DNA of 35,122 nucleotides from Macrostomum lignano (taxonomy: Eukaryota). Numbering within the stretch: position 1 is the first letter of the stretch; each line of letters opens with the position of its first letter. Made by a program: the position numbers and the translations under genes. This document shows positions 23,186 through 33,924 of the stretch, piece after piece. The DNA is taken from assembly GCA_002269645.1 (NCBI GenBank), contig NIVC01004780.1, positions 1 through 35,122 of the forward strand. Reading direction: 5' to 3'. The notes beneath the pieces were generated by a model. The model was not told the origin of the DNA, made no database searches, and worked only from the letters and a program-made list of their open reading frames with translations.

Positions 23186-23483
23186 TTGTTGGGAATGCTA
23201 GCACTTATACCTTGGCATAATCCATTCTCATTTTAAAAAAGTAGCAATTATTTACTTTTATTCATTTAATTATTTTCTATGAAAGTTTGTAGTTCCTATC
23301 CCATTTAATAATATTTACTATTAAAGTAGAGTATATAGAACAAAATTATTAAAAACTAAAATGACTTAAGCAAGAAAAAAAACTTATATGATAAAAATAA
23401 CAAGGAAATTTTCCCAAAGCAAAGTATATGCAGGAATATATATAGGAAGTAATATGCATTGAACTGGGATTATCATACCCACA

Positions 23484-23790
23484 CAATAATAATTGATTAC
23501 ACCTGCCCCAATTAGGCCAGATGTGCCACCAACAGCTTAGCCACAGCTATTGCATGGTGCATCTGAAAGCTATATACTTCTATTAAGTCTAAGGACTGGG
23601 AGGGGGGTTGCCACACACATCCTCAATTACCCCAGCTGATGCTGGCACCCGTTTTATAGCTGGGTGAACTGAAGCAATGCAGAGTTAAGTGTCTTGCTCA
23701 AGGACACAAATTGTTCTAGTGGGATTGGGAATCGAACCCCCAACCTTCAAGTCATGAGTCTGATGCTCTAAGTACTAGGCTACAAGCTCC
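23484..23790 (-). mobile_element. tRNA-derived SINE family B with a CORE-like central domain
   Basis: B box GGTTCGATTCC (23738-23728). gtgtccttgagcaagacacttaactctgcattgcttcagttcacccagctataaaacggg resembles the CORE-SINE domain as I recall it. (att)n tail and imperfect TSD catacc..acaataat. Confidence 0.78.
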
Positions 23791-24189
23791 TAGGCTACAT
23801 ACCTACAATAATGGCTTAAGAATACCTGTGTGTAACATTCTATTATAAATATACTAGTTCAAGAAGGAACAAGTTAAGCTAATGCCACTTGCAACTATTT
23901 ACAACTTTGGGGCTTATGAAATAAAAGAAAATAATATGGAAATTAAACTTTCACTGCACAGCTATGCAAAAATATACCAGTATAGCATGCTAAAGTGTAA
24001 TAAATTAAAAGAATGATAATCTTCACTGCCCCAGATCAAATGCAATCATTGATTGGGTGATAAAAAAGTGATTTTTTGCCAGGAAATAGGCCTCCAAAAA
24101 CTTAATCTTTGAGCCTTATGTCCTGCTATATTACTGTGGTCCTTGACTAGCATCAGTGCATTAGATCTAAATTACCCAATTTTGATGCC

Positions 24190-24479
24190 ATGGGCGTCGA
24201 CATCTGCCACAAGAATGACCGCAAGGTGCGCCGCACCAATCCAAAATCCGACGATGTCTATCTGCGCCTGCTGGTGAAACTCTACCGATTTCTGGCCCGC
24301 CGGACTGGCGCCAAGTTTAACAAAATCATCCTGCGCCGCCTGTTCATGAGCCGGGCCAATCGCGGCCCCCTGTCTCTGGCCCGCCTTGGCCGCATGCTGC
24401 GCAAGCCAAATCGGGAGGGTCGCATTGTTGTCACAGTTGGCACAGTTACTAACGATTCCCGGGTGCAGACAGTGCCGAG
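24190..24479 (+). CDS. RPL18: 60S ribosomal protein L18 (eL18), exon 1
   Basis: [39 protein letters not shown] is unmistakable eL18. Likely donor is AG|gtttgt at 24480; the alternative is TTT|gtgttg at 24484. Confidence 0.95.
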
Positions 24480-24587
24480 GTTTGTGTTGTTTGTTTAACT
24501 TCAGTGCTTATACTAGTAATGTTTGCCGCACCCCCTGTTGGGGAGGCAACAAATAACGGAATAATGAATTTGAATCGCATTTCGCAT

Positions 24588-24897
24588 TTATAATAATTAT
24601 TATTGATTACACCTGCCCTAATTGGGCCAGTTGTGTAACCGACAGCTCAGCCGCAGCTTATTGGCTGAATACCTGAAAGCTGCGTACGGCTGTTCAGTCA
24701 AGCACTGGTGGGGTCGCCACACACAGCCTCAATTACCCCAGCTAATGCTGGCACACATTTTACAGCTGGGTGAACTGAAGCAGTGCAGATTTGAGTGTCT
24801 TGGCTCAAGACACTTAGTTCAAGGCATGTACACTTCACTGTGCTTCAAAGGCCTTAATTGCACGAGCCTGGGCCTCTGGCGCATTAATTAGAGCAGC
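24588..24897 (-). mobile_element. Mosaic SINE in the RPL18 intron: family-B CORE and tail joined to a deleted family-A head
   Basis: 24588-24813 aligns with 23484-23707. 24822-24897 (aggcatgtacacttcactg...ttaattgcacgagcctggg) aligns with family A. Confidence 0.7.
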
Positions 24898-24955
24898 ATA
24901 AATTACAGACTGCACTTACGCTGCACTCTCCCGGCCTCCTCTCCGCCAAATCCAG

Positions 24956-25227
24956 GTGACCCTGTGCGCGCTCCGCGTAACCGAGAAGGCCCGCGCCCGG
25001 CTGCTAGCTGCCGGCGGCGAGATCATCACCTTCGACGAGCTGGCCAGACGGGCCCCAAAGGCCAGAACACGCTGCTGGTGCAGGGCACGAGGAAGCGGGC
25101 CGCCCAGCGGCATTTCGGCCGGCCGCCGGGAGTGCCGCACTCGCACACTAAGCCGGTGGTTCGGTCCAAGGGTCGCAAATTTGAGAAGGCCCGCGGCCGC
25201 CGGGCTTCGCGCGGATTCACCAACTAA
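24956..25227 (+). CDS. RPL18: RPL18 exon 2, with an apparent frameshift at 25060-25061 (sequence error or pseudogene)
   Basis: cag acceptor at 24953-24955. LCALRVT..AR..AGG.I.TFDEL..APK is in one frame and [38 protein letters not shown] stop is in another. Confidence 0.9.
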
Positions 25228-25320
25228 TTGTCAAATTGATACAAGAGAGACCGTTCGTTTGATTATAATTGGCCTGGTTGGTGTTTGGTGCGCGCTGTTC
25301 AATGATTTTGATGGCTGCTG

Positions 25321-25326
25321 AATAAA
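25321..25326 (+). promoter_or_regulatory. Polyadenylation signal AATAAA of RPL18
   Basis: AATAAA about 95 nt after the RPL18 stop. Confidence 0.6.
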
Positions 25327-25552
25327 AAATTCAATGAAACCCTTCTATCTGGGCCTCTGGATCTGCGCGGCCTGTCTTTGGAGACAAAAAACTTCAAAAT
25401 GATTATTTTGTTTTGTTTTTTCTTTCTTTTTCGTTTAAGTACTGTCTTCCTACTCACAAGTAGTGGGTGAAGAGTTTCGTTTTTTTTTAATGACAATACA
25501 ACTCAGAGATGAAGTGACTGTCTCAACTTGCCAGACTGTCTGTCTGTCCCAG

Positions 25553-26620
25553 ACTTCACCGACGCTGCCATTGACTCCACCGACACTGCCATTGACTCCA
25601 CCGACGCTGCCATTGACTTCACCGACACTGCCATTGACTTCACCGACGCTGCCATTGACTTCACCGACACTGCCATTGACTTCACCGACACTGCCATTGA
25701 CTTCACACCGACACTGCCATTGACTTCACCGACACTGCCATTGACTTCACCGACACTGCCATTGACTTCACCGACACTGCCATTGACTTCACCGACGCTG
25801 CCATTGAGTCCACCGACACTGCCATTGACTTCACCGACGCTGCCATTGAGTCCACCGACGCTGCCATTGACTTCACCGACGCTGCCATTGAGTCCACCGA
25901 CGCTGCCATTGAGTCCACCGACACTGCCATTGAGTCCACCGACGCTGCCATTGAGTCCACCGACACTGCCATTGAGTCCACCGACACTGCCATTGAGTCC
26001 ACCGACACTGCCATTGAGTCCACCGACACTGCCATTGAGTCCACCGACACTGCCATTGAGTCCACCGACGCTGCCATTGAGTCCACCGACACTGCCATTG
26101 AGTCCACCGACGCTGCCATTGAGTCCACCGACGCTGCCATTGAGTCCACCGACACTGCCATTGAGTCCACCGACGCTGCCATTGAGTCCACCGACACTGC
26201 CATTGAGTCCACCGACACTGCCATTGAGTCCACCGACACTGCCATTGAGTCCACCGACACTGCCATTGAGTCCACCGACACTGCCATTGAGTCCACCGAC
26301 ACTGCCATTGACTTCACTGACACTGCCATTGACTCCACCGACACTGCCATTGACTTCACCGACACTGCCATTGACTTCACTGACACTGCCATTGACTTCA
26401 CCGACACTGCCATTGACTTCACCGACACTGCCATTGACTTCACCGACACTGCCATTGACTCCACCGACGCTGCCATTGACTTTACTGACACTGCCATTGA
26501 CTCCACCGACACTGCCATTGACTTCACCGACACTGCCATTGACTTCACCGACACTGCCATTGACTTCACCGACACTGCCATTGACTTCACCGACACTGCC
26601 ATTGACTCCACCGACACTGC
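25553..26620. repeat. 21-bp minisatellite (gac/gag-t(c/t)caccgac(a/g)ctgccatt)n
   Basis: About 50 copies, with variants arranged in blocks. Confidence 0.97.
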
Positions 26621-26871
26621 CTTCAACTTCATCAAATCTAATAATTTTAATTTCCTGTCTATTTTTGCGTTTCAACAGGTTTAACTTCCAAGCCAGGAAA
26701 TTCGTTATAATTAAAGTAACTCAACCCAGCACAGCATGGAGAAGTTTTTCTTTCGGATTGCGACTTCGTAATCGGATTCCGAAGTCAAAAAAATTTTTGA
26801 AAGAGGCTTTTAATATTACCTGATATGAAAGCGGGAAATAAGTGTGCAACTCATTCATGCAACTCATTCAG

Positions 26872-26928
26872 GGAAGCATGCAATGGAGCTTCCGGACTTT
26901 CTCAGTTGCAAACTGCTGCTGGCTATAA
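26872..26928 (+). CDS. Possible internal exon of an unknown small gene (EACNGASGLSQLQTAAGYN)
   Basis: tcattcag acceptor and AA|gtaatg donor. Phase is compatible with 27215-27293. No homology recognised. Confidence 0.3.
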   Translation, partial: GSMQWSFRTFSVANCCWL

Positions 26929-26932
26929 GTAA

Positions 26933-27172
26933 TGTCTGTCTGTTTACGATCGTCTGTGTCTGTCTGTTTGTCTGTCTGTGTGTCTGTGTGTCTGTCTGTC
27001 TCTGTCTGACTTAGTGTCTGTCTGTCTGTCTGTCTGTCTGTTTACGATCGTCTGTGTGACTGTCTGTCTGTCTGTTTACGATCGTCTGTGTGACTGTCTG
27101 TCTGTCTGTCTGTTTACGATCGTCTGTGACTGTCTGTCTGTCTGTTTACCATCGTCTGTCTGTCTGTCTGTC
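26933..27172. repeat. (tgtc)n microsatellite with interspersed tgtttacgatcgtc units
   Basis: Direct reading. Confidence 0.9.
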
Positions 27173-27214
27173 TGGGCAAATGCATTTCCTGCAAATCCCA
27201 TATACTAATTTTAG

Positions 27215-27293
27215 TCAAAGCGGCAAATATGAGTACAAAGACATTTATCAAGTTTTGGAGGCAGACAATAAAACGGATGAAAACACATACTAA
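27215..27293 (+). CDS. Possible last exon of an unknown small gene (QSGKYEYKDIYQVLEADNKTDENTY stop)
   Basis: tactaattttag branch point plus acceptor directly after a (tgtc)n-filled intron. Open frame to TAA at 27291-27293. Confidence 0.35.
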
Positions 27294-28449
27294 GATTGCC
27301 CAGGGCACCTTGCAGTCAGTCTGTCGAGCCAGCAGAGTGAGATTTATTCGTGTGTTGTTTGCTGACAAATTCTTGCATTTTTTCATTGTGGTTACACTGC
27401 TGGCTACTGCAGTTACTAAGTAATTATTAGTCAACACTAGTCAGTAGTGAGCTACGAGTACATGTATAGACCTCTCCAGTGTATTTATATTTATATGTGC
27501 TTGGCTAGACCGCACGAAATAGCGAATATAAAAAACCGACTAATTGATAAATTAAAATACAACAAAATAGCCAGTATAAACTATAGTGAAAATTTATTTT
27601 ATGCTCTACTGATAGTAGACACACGAGTACAATAAAAATCCACGAAGAAAATAATCAATAAAATGTATCCAATACAGTAGCTGTTCAACTAATCTAACAC
27701 ACGATACCGCATTCGAGCTAATAAAGAGCTCTTTAAAAAGAGAGTCAAATAAACAAATTTTGGTTCAGAATTAAGAGAGAAAAATAGACAAATATTGACT
27801 GAGAAAGTTTATCAGTTGTAAGTGAAGCAATCTTGCTTATTTATAAAAGTACAGGCTATCGAGTGAGAGAGTTCTTTATAGTAGAGGAGGAAAAGTAAGA
27901 CACATGAAACTACAGCGATAACTTACTGTTTGCTGCTTTTATTCATAGTTTTGTTCCGTGAGAGATGAGACATGCCTTTTTCGGGAGTTATATAACAAGG
28001 CCCAGACACAATGCAGGCACACATTTTTTAATCCGTCATATCTACTCAAAGCCTGGGACCTTAGGCACTCCGGATAGGTCTAAAATAATTGACTGCTATA
28101 GCAATTCAACTGTGCAATCATTTTGGTCTGAGGGTCACAGGGACCGATCAAGATATCTCTTTGGGGATCAGCTGTTTTGCTCCAGCAGGGATTATTTTAT
28201 CGTTTCATTGAATTTTAGAGAAATAGCTCTCTCAAAATTCGAGTTTTATCCCGGTTCCATGTCCCGGATCAACTGCTAAATGGAAACAAAAGCTTCGTAT
28301 TTTGAACGCACATACTCTCGTCATCAGCCTTAAAAATTGATTATTAATTGTCAATAGATAGCTAAACAACTGGGCAATCTCGCGATAAAATTTTATCGCT
28401 AACTCTATTTCACTTCGCAACATCCTTGTCTGAAAAACTGCTCGAGCAC

Positions 28450-29457
28450 TCAGTTGAACAGCCGGTTGATGACGTCGGCGGTCAGGTAGAAGTTGGACAC
28501 GGCCAGCATCTTCACGGTGCCGTTTATTTTGGAGTAGGAGCCAGTCAGAGCGCGCCAGCCGATCTTCATGCAGAAGTTGTCGATTTTGGCATAGTTGACG
28601 TTGTATAGAGACACTTGGCTGTCGGGAATGAAAGACCCGTCAACGAACAGTCGGGTCCTGTTCATGATCATCGAAATATCGAACGTGGCGCCGACTCGGA
28701 CGAACTGGTCACTTCGAATTGGGAGCACCTGGTTAGTGGAGATCAAGTTCCGGTGTCCGGTTTGAATGTAGAGCTTGCGAGTCGAATCGAGCAGGTCCCA
28801 TTCCCATAAGTGGAGCCAGACTTGATTGTAAGAGCTGCAGTCTGTGAGATCGATGAACGCGTTCGAACTCGGCTGCCTCTTCAGCTCCATCAGAAACGTG
28901 AAGCTGTTGCTGAAGTTGAATCCGCTGGTGTCGCTTACCCACATCCTGGATGTCAGGCCGTCCATCTTGGCGCCCTCGTCAGTCCAAGTCACTCCGGTGT
29001 GCTCGATCACGTTCTTCTGTCCGCCATCGCTGCACACGAGGTTCTCGAGCTGCTCGCCTCTGCCTCCGAGCCACACGGCCGCAAAGTGTCGATTGGCGGT
29101 GAGCACGTCAAGCTCGGAGTCCACCACGAGCTCGCACGAGTTGGTCTCGTCCGATGGCCAGCCAGCGGGGCTGCTCAGGTTGAGCAGGTGGCAGACTCGG
29201 CTGAAGAGAAACAGCAAACAGGTGGCAGTTCGCGAGTTCCATTGGGCCACCGCTATGCCTGGCAGAGTTTGCTGACGACTCAGAAAGACGCACTGCAGAA
29301 TGGAGACGGCCGGGCTGGGGAGGGTCCAGTCTGACAAGGACTTGTTGAGGCAGATGCGTTGGATTACCGGGTAGCGAGTTCCAGAGTTGGTGCCAGCGGT
29401 AGAGATGCAGAGCAGAACAGACGCAACAAAGGCAAGCAGCAACCGGTGGAGAGCCAT
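28450..29457 (-). CDS. Intronless secreted protein: signal peptide, PAN/apple-like Cys domain, LamG/concanavalin-A-like (Laminin_G_3/pentraxin-type) domain
   Basis: 335-aa non-repetitive ORF with GC-rich third positions. Hydrophobic leader MALHRLLLAFVASVLLCISTA, then C..C..WNSRTATC spacing, then A..DG..S, SFTF, RVGATFD, LFVDG, IG, NG.V beta-sandwich pattern. Domain calls are by eye. Confidence 0.78.
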   Translation of the reverse strand: MALHRLLLAFVASVLLCISTAGTNSGTRYPVIQRICLNKSLSDWTLPSPAVSILQCVFLSRQQTLPGIAVAQWNSRTATCLLFLFSRVCHLLNLSSPAGWPSDETNSCELVVDSELDVLTANRHFAAVWLGGRGEQLENLVCSDGGQKNVIEHTGVTWTDEGAKMDGLTSRMWVSDTSGFNFSNSFTFLMELKRQPSSNAFIDLTDCSSYNQVWLHLWEWDLLDSTRKLYIQTGHRNLISTNQVLPIRSDQFVRVGATFDISMIMNRTRLFVDGSFIPDSQVSLYNVNYAKIDNFCMKIGWRALTGSYSKINGTVKMLAVSNFYLTADVINRLFN

Positions 29458-30336
29458 GATTCTCTTGATTTGAAAATTGGTTTTCCGTTTGAAAATGCTG
29501 AGTATTTGATGGGCTTAAAATGCTGTATCGCTATGGTAACAATCACAACAGCAGCTCAGGCTGATTCGCACGTGGGTGGATGCGTGACGGAAAATCTATC
29601 GAGCGATTTAAAAGCTTCAAACAATAAAATAAAAGAGTTAAATTATTTATCAACAGGGGACGACAATGAAGAGATGGACTGAGGGTTGGCTGTCATACAG
29701 TTAATGGCTTTGCAGCATCCCTCTTAGCCTTCTCTCCTCTGCTGCGGCAGGAGAGACCAAGCCGCCAAAATCCCGTGGGAGTGGGGAGCTTGCAACTAGG
29801 AGGGGAAGGGGGTCGTTATGCTTCATGTATCAAGCATTTATTTCACTTAGCAGCAACTGCATCAGGGGAGGTGGATTGCACTTTCAGCTTTGGAGGCCTC
29901 AGCTGAGTTTAAAATTGTAGTGCCGGTGCTGAGGCACGCGGACGCATCAACTCGAATGGTCGCTATCTCAGATTTTCATTTAAGGGAGAAAGCAACCTGC
30001 AGGGGCGTCAGCACTTGCCAAACCTGCTGGAAAGAGCAGGCACCTATTTACCACAGTATACACCAGAATGAATAGTAGTAGCTCGTAAATCAATCATTGG
30101 GAATGTTTAAAATGTGGCAAATTCTATCCTCACCGTTTTTTAAACCTTCTTTAGGCTTGATTACGAGCGTAAGCCCTACGCTGTACATGCAGCGATAAAG
30201 TTTCATTCATGCATCTGCGGATCCAACCACAAAGTGTCTCAGAATCCGCACCGTCAGCATTGGTGCATTTGAAACGGACTGTTGCATTGTTGGATTATTG
30301 GCAACGGATGCCCTACACTCCCCTGAACGGATGTTG

Positions 30337-31666
30337 ATTGTCTGTCTGTCTGTCTGTCTTAGTGTCTGTCTGTCTGTCTTAGTGTCTGTCTGTCTGTCTT
30401 AGTGTCTGTCTGTCTTAGTGTCTGTCTATCTTAGTGTCTTAGTGTCTGTCTATCTTAGTGTCTGTCTGTCTGTCTTAGTGTCTGTCTGTCTGTCTTAGTG
30501 TCTGTCTATCTTAGTGTCTGTCTGTCTGTCTGTCTGTCTGTCTTAGTGTCTGTCTATCTTAGTGTCTTAGTGTCTGTCTATCTTAGTGTCTGTCTGTCTG
30601 TCTTAGTGTCTGTCTGTCTGTCTTAGTGTCTGTCTATCTTAGTGTCTGTCTGTCTGTCTGTCTGTCTGTCTTAGTGTCTGTCTATCTTAGTGTCTGTCTG
30701 TCTGTCTTAGTATCTGTCTGTCTGTCTTAGTGTCTGTCTATCTTAGTGTCTGTCTATCTTAGTGTCTGTCTATCTTAGTGTCTTAGTGTCTGTCTATCTT
30801 AGTGTCTGTCTGTCTGTCTTAGTATCTGTCTGTCTGTCTTAGTGTCTGTCTATCTTAGTGTCTGTCTATCTTAGTGTCTTAGTGTCTGTCTGTCTGTCTG
30901 TCTGTCTGTCTTAGTGTCTGTCTATCTTAGTGTCTGTCTGTCTGTCTTAGTATCTGTCTGTCTGTCTTAGTGTCTGTCTATCTTAGTGTCTGTCTATCTT
31001 AGTGTCTGTCTATCTTAGTGTCTTAGTGTCTGTCTATCTTAGTGTCTGTCTGTCTGTCTTAGTATCTGTCTGTCTGTCTTAGTGTCTGTCTATCTTAGTG
31101 TCTGTCTATCTTAGTGTCTGTCTATCTTAGTGTCTGTCTATCTTAGTGTCTTAGTGTCTGTCTATCTTAGTATCTGTCTATCTTAGTGTCTGTCTATCTT
31201 AGTGTCTTAGTGTCTGTCTATCTTAGTGTCTGTCTATCTTAGTGTCTTAGTGTCTGTCTATCTTAGTGTCTGTCTATCTTAGTGTCTGTCTATCTTAGTG
31301 TCTGTCTATCTTAGTGTCTGTCTATCTTAGTGTCTGTCTATCTTAGTGTCTGTCTGTCTGTCTGTCTGTCTGTCTTAGTGTCTGTCTATCTTAGTGTCTT
31401 AGTGTCTTTCTATCTTAGTGTCTGTCTGTCTGTCTTAGTATCTGTCTGTCTGTCTTAGTGTCTGTCTATCTTAGTGTCTGTCTATCTTAGTGTCTTAGTG
31501 CCTGTCTATCTTAGTGTCTGTCTATCTTAGTGTCTTAGTGTCTTAGTGCCTGTCTATCTTAGTGTCTGTCTATCTTAGTGTCTGTCTATCTTAGTGTCTG
31601 TCTATCTTAGTGTCTGTCTATCTTAGTGTCTGTCTATCTTAGTGTCTTAGTGTCTTAGTGTCTTAG

Positions 31667-31723
<57 letters not shown>

Positions 31724-31762
31724 GCCTGTCTGTCTGTCTGTCTGTCTTAGTGTCTTAGTGCC

Positions 31763-31858
<96 letters not shown>
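30337..31858. repeat. Compound microsatellite (tctg)n / (tcttagtg) / (tcta), ~1.5 kb
   Basis: Direct reading. Confidence 0.97.
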
Positions 31859-32563
31859 CGCCTACCTGCCTGTCTTTCTACTGAACTGCACTATTTATAC
31901 CCTATTTGTTTATTCGCCTTTTTCTCCCTACTCCGAGCGGAGCGTCCACATTATCGCCCTGTCCAATATATTTTACGTTCACCAGAATTTGATTAATCAC
32001 CTTCGCGAAATACCCCTGACTAGAATCGTGGATGCTGCGAAGAAGCGAAGAAGCCGCTGTAAAAAATCTTTCCAATCCAGTGAATATCGGGGCTCCGCCC
32101 CAGACTCTGCAGGTCAGGCGATTCTGTTTCGTATATGCACACCCGAAGCCAATGAAAGCTAGTGCTGCCATGCAAGGCTGGTTATGCTAATCTTAATCTG
32201 TTCGTGAGAACTCGGATTACTGACTTGGCTTTGAGTAAACTGCGTGGTACCGCGAATTCAGCGGTTCTCAATTAGATATTAATAGCGTTTATTCTTAAAT
32301 ATTAAAGTATTAATTATGAAAAGTACATCTTTGCGTTTTTGTAAACTTTCGATGTTTTCAAAGTATCTAAAAGAAGCACAAAACAAAATTTGACAGCACA
32401 TTAACTACAGCCTAAAACATAGACTAGGGCGTGCACACGTTTTCGTCGGACATCGAACTTCTACAAAGTTTTGCTGTCCGAGAAATTACTTCGTACAAGT
32501 TGAACAGCCATCGGAGTGGATTGAGGAGTCATTGGTAGAGCAAGTTGGGTCGTTGGTTACTAA

Positions 32564-32569
32564 TTTATT
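32564..32569 (-). promoter_or_regulatory. Polyadenylation signal AATAAA of the TMEM196-like gene
   Basis: tttatt on the plus strand, about 35 nt past the stop. Confidence 0.5.
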
Positions 32570-32603
32570 TACACGTACGAATAGTCAGTTGCCAGACATG
32601 TAG

Positions 32604-32972
32604 TCAGGCATGGCATGTGCAGTCTGCGCTGGTGTCGAGCAATTTTTTTTCAACTTTGCCGTCCACTGCAGACTTGCTGACAACCACAACATCTTTCTCG
32701 CCGTAGACCTCGACGTGGAACAGGGTCTCCCGCTTGTGGCTCATCTCCACTTTGGCCAGCTTGGCCAGCCGGCAGCTGAGGATGCTGCTGACTATGCAGA
32801 CCAGACACTCGGTGCCGGAGGCGCCCAGCGCGCACAGAAGCAGCACGTCAAGGTTCTCCTTCTGGTAGGTGTGCCCGTCGGTGGTGTGGTTGACCAGACC
32901 GAGCCGCAGCAGCTGGATGCTGATGACAGCTGTCAGGAGTGACACCACGGAAAAGGCCGAGAAGCACAGGAT
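32604..32972 (-). CDS. Last exon of a TMEM196/MS4A(CD20)-like membrane protein
   Basis: ccccggcag|ATC acceptor. ILCFSAFSVVSLLTAVISIQLLR and C.VSSILSCRLA give two TM segments resembling the TMEM196 C-terminal half. TGA at 32606-32604. Upstream exons not found in the window. Confidence 0.65.
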   Translation of the reverse strand: MLCFSAFSVVSLLTAVISIQLLRLGLVNHTTDGHTYQKENLDVLLLCALGASGTECLVCIVSSILSCRLAKLAKVEMSHKRETLFHVEVYGEKDVVVVSKSAVDGKVEKKLLDTSADCTCHA

Positions 32973-33029
32973 CTGCCGGGGTTTTCAACGAGAGGATTGA
33001 TGTAGTGTCTGTCCGGCTCTGGGTGCACC

Positions 33030-33055
33030 TGTCTCTGCCTGTCTGTCCGTCTTCC

Positions 33056-33116
<61 letters not shown>

Positions 33117-33159
33117 GCCTGTCTGTCTGTCTGTCTGCCTGTCTGTCTGTCTGTCTGCC

Positions 33160-33208
<49 letters not shown>

Positions 33209-33215
33209 TTCTTTC
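33030..33215. repeat. (tctg)n microsatellite in the intron upstream of the TMEM196-like exon
   Basis: Direct reading. Confidence 0.95.
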
Positions 33216-33924
33216 CGCCTGTCTGCTTGTGTTTATGTTGTTCTGACCCAATTTTTTTTTGTATTTATCTGCCCATGTTGTTTTGTCCTTCTTAGTGCTG
33301 TTCTCCGATCTGCGCCCGATCGCCCGCCTTGTCCGAGATTAACTCGTGGCAGCTTCAAGCATGTCACCCCTGGCTACCTCTCACTTGGCAGCAGCAAAAG
33401 CCCGACGCCGGGTTAAATTTCATTCGGATTGAACAGTAGCTGTAGGCTCGGGCAATTTATTCGTAGTTATTGATTAGGATGCACACACGCTCGTTCAGAA
33501 AGTTCATCTCATCGTATTTTACAGACGGACATCGAGTCCTCACTGATATCCATGCAGAGCTCAATCATGCAAATGGCTCTTTATCGAAGAAGGGTTTCTT
33601 AGTTCGATTCCGATTTGACTTTGAAGTTCTCATGTAGTCTTTTTCCTCGGCCTAACAACATGCTTTCAAGCCTAATCTCTTTTGAAGTCTTTTGATCTTT
33701 CTCTCCGTGTCGTGTTTAATATTGGATGAGCCCTCTAGTCAGCTGACATTCAGGGCTAGCGACGTATTTAAAAAGGACAGACAGCAGGCAGGTGAAACTA
33801 TGTAATTTGAAATTAGAACTTACAATGTAAATTGTCTGCCGCCTCACGCATGCCACTCCAATCATGCCGGTTACAAAGAACTGAAATTTATTTTATAAAA
33901 ATTGATTGCAAATAATGAAAAGGG

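Noticed and set aside
24480-24955. Intronic snoRNA in RPL18
   Set aside because: I found no C/D or H/ACA layout with terminal stems, and most of the intron is SINE-derived. An Infernal/Rfam scan would settle it.
25503-26823. (GSVGEVN)n, (MAVSVKS)n and (SPTLPLT)n ORFs as antifreeze or mucin proteins
   Set aside because: A 21-bp repeat is open in several frames, has no signal peptide, and is followed by an intron-like 3' end at 26638-26678.
28426-29682. Plus-strand ORFs overlapping the PAN-LamG gene, and similar shadows over PCYT2 and RPL18 exons
   Set aside because: These are antisense or alternative-frame shadows of GC-rich coding sequence.
29700-30075. Possible retroelement fragment or short ORF upstream of the PAN-LamG gene
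   Set aside because: No RT or endonuclease motifs, no boxes, no TSD and no second copy in the window.
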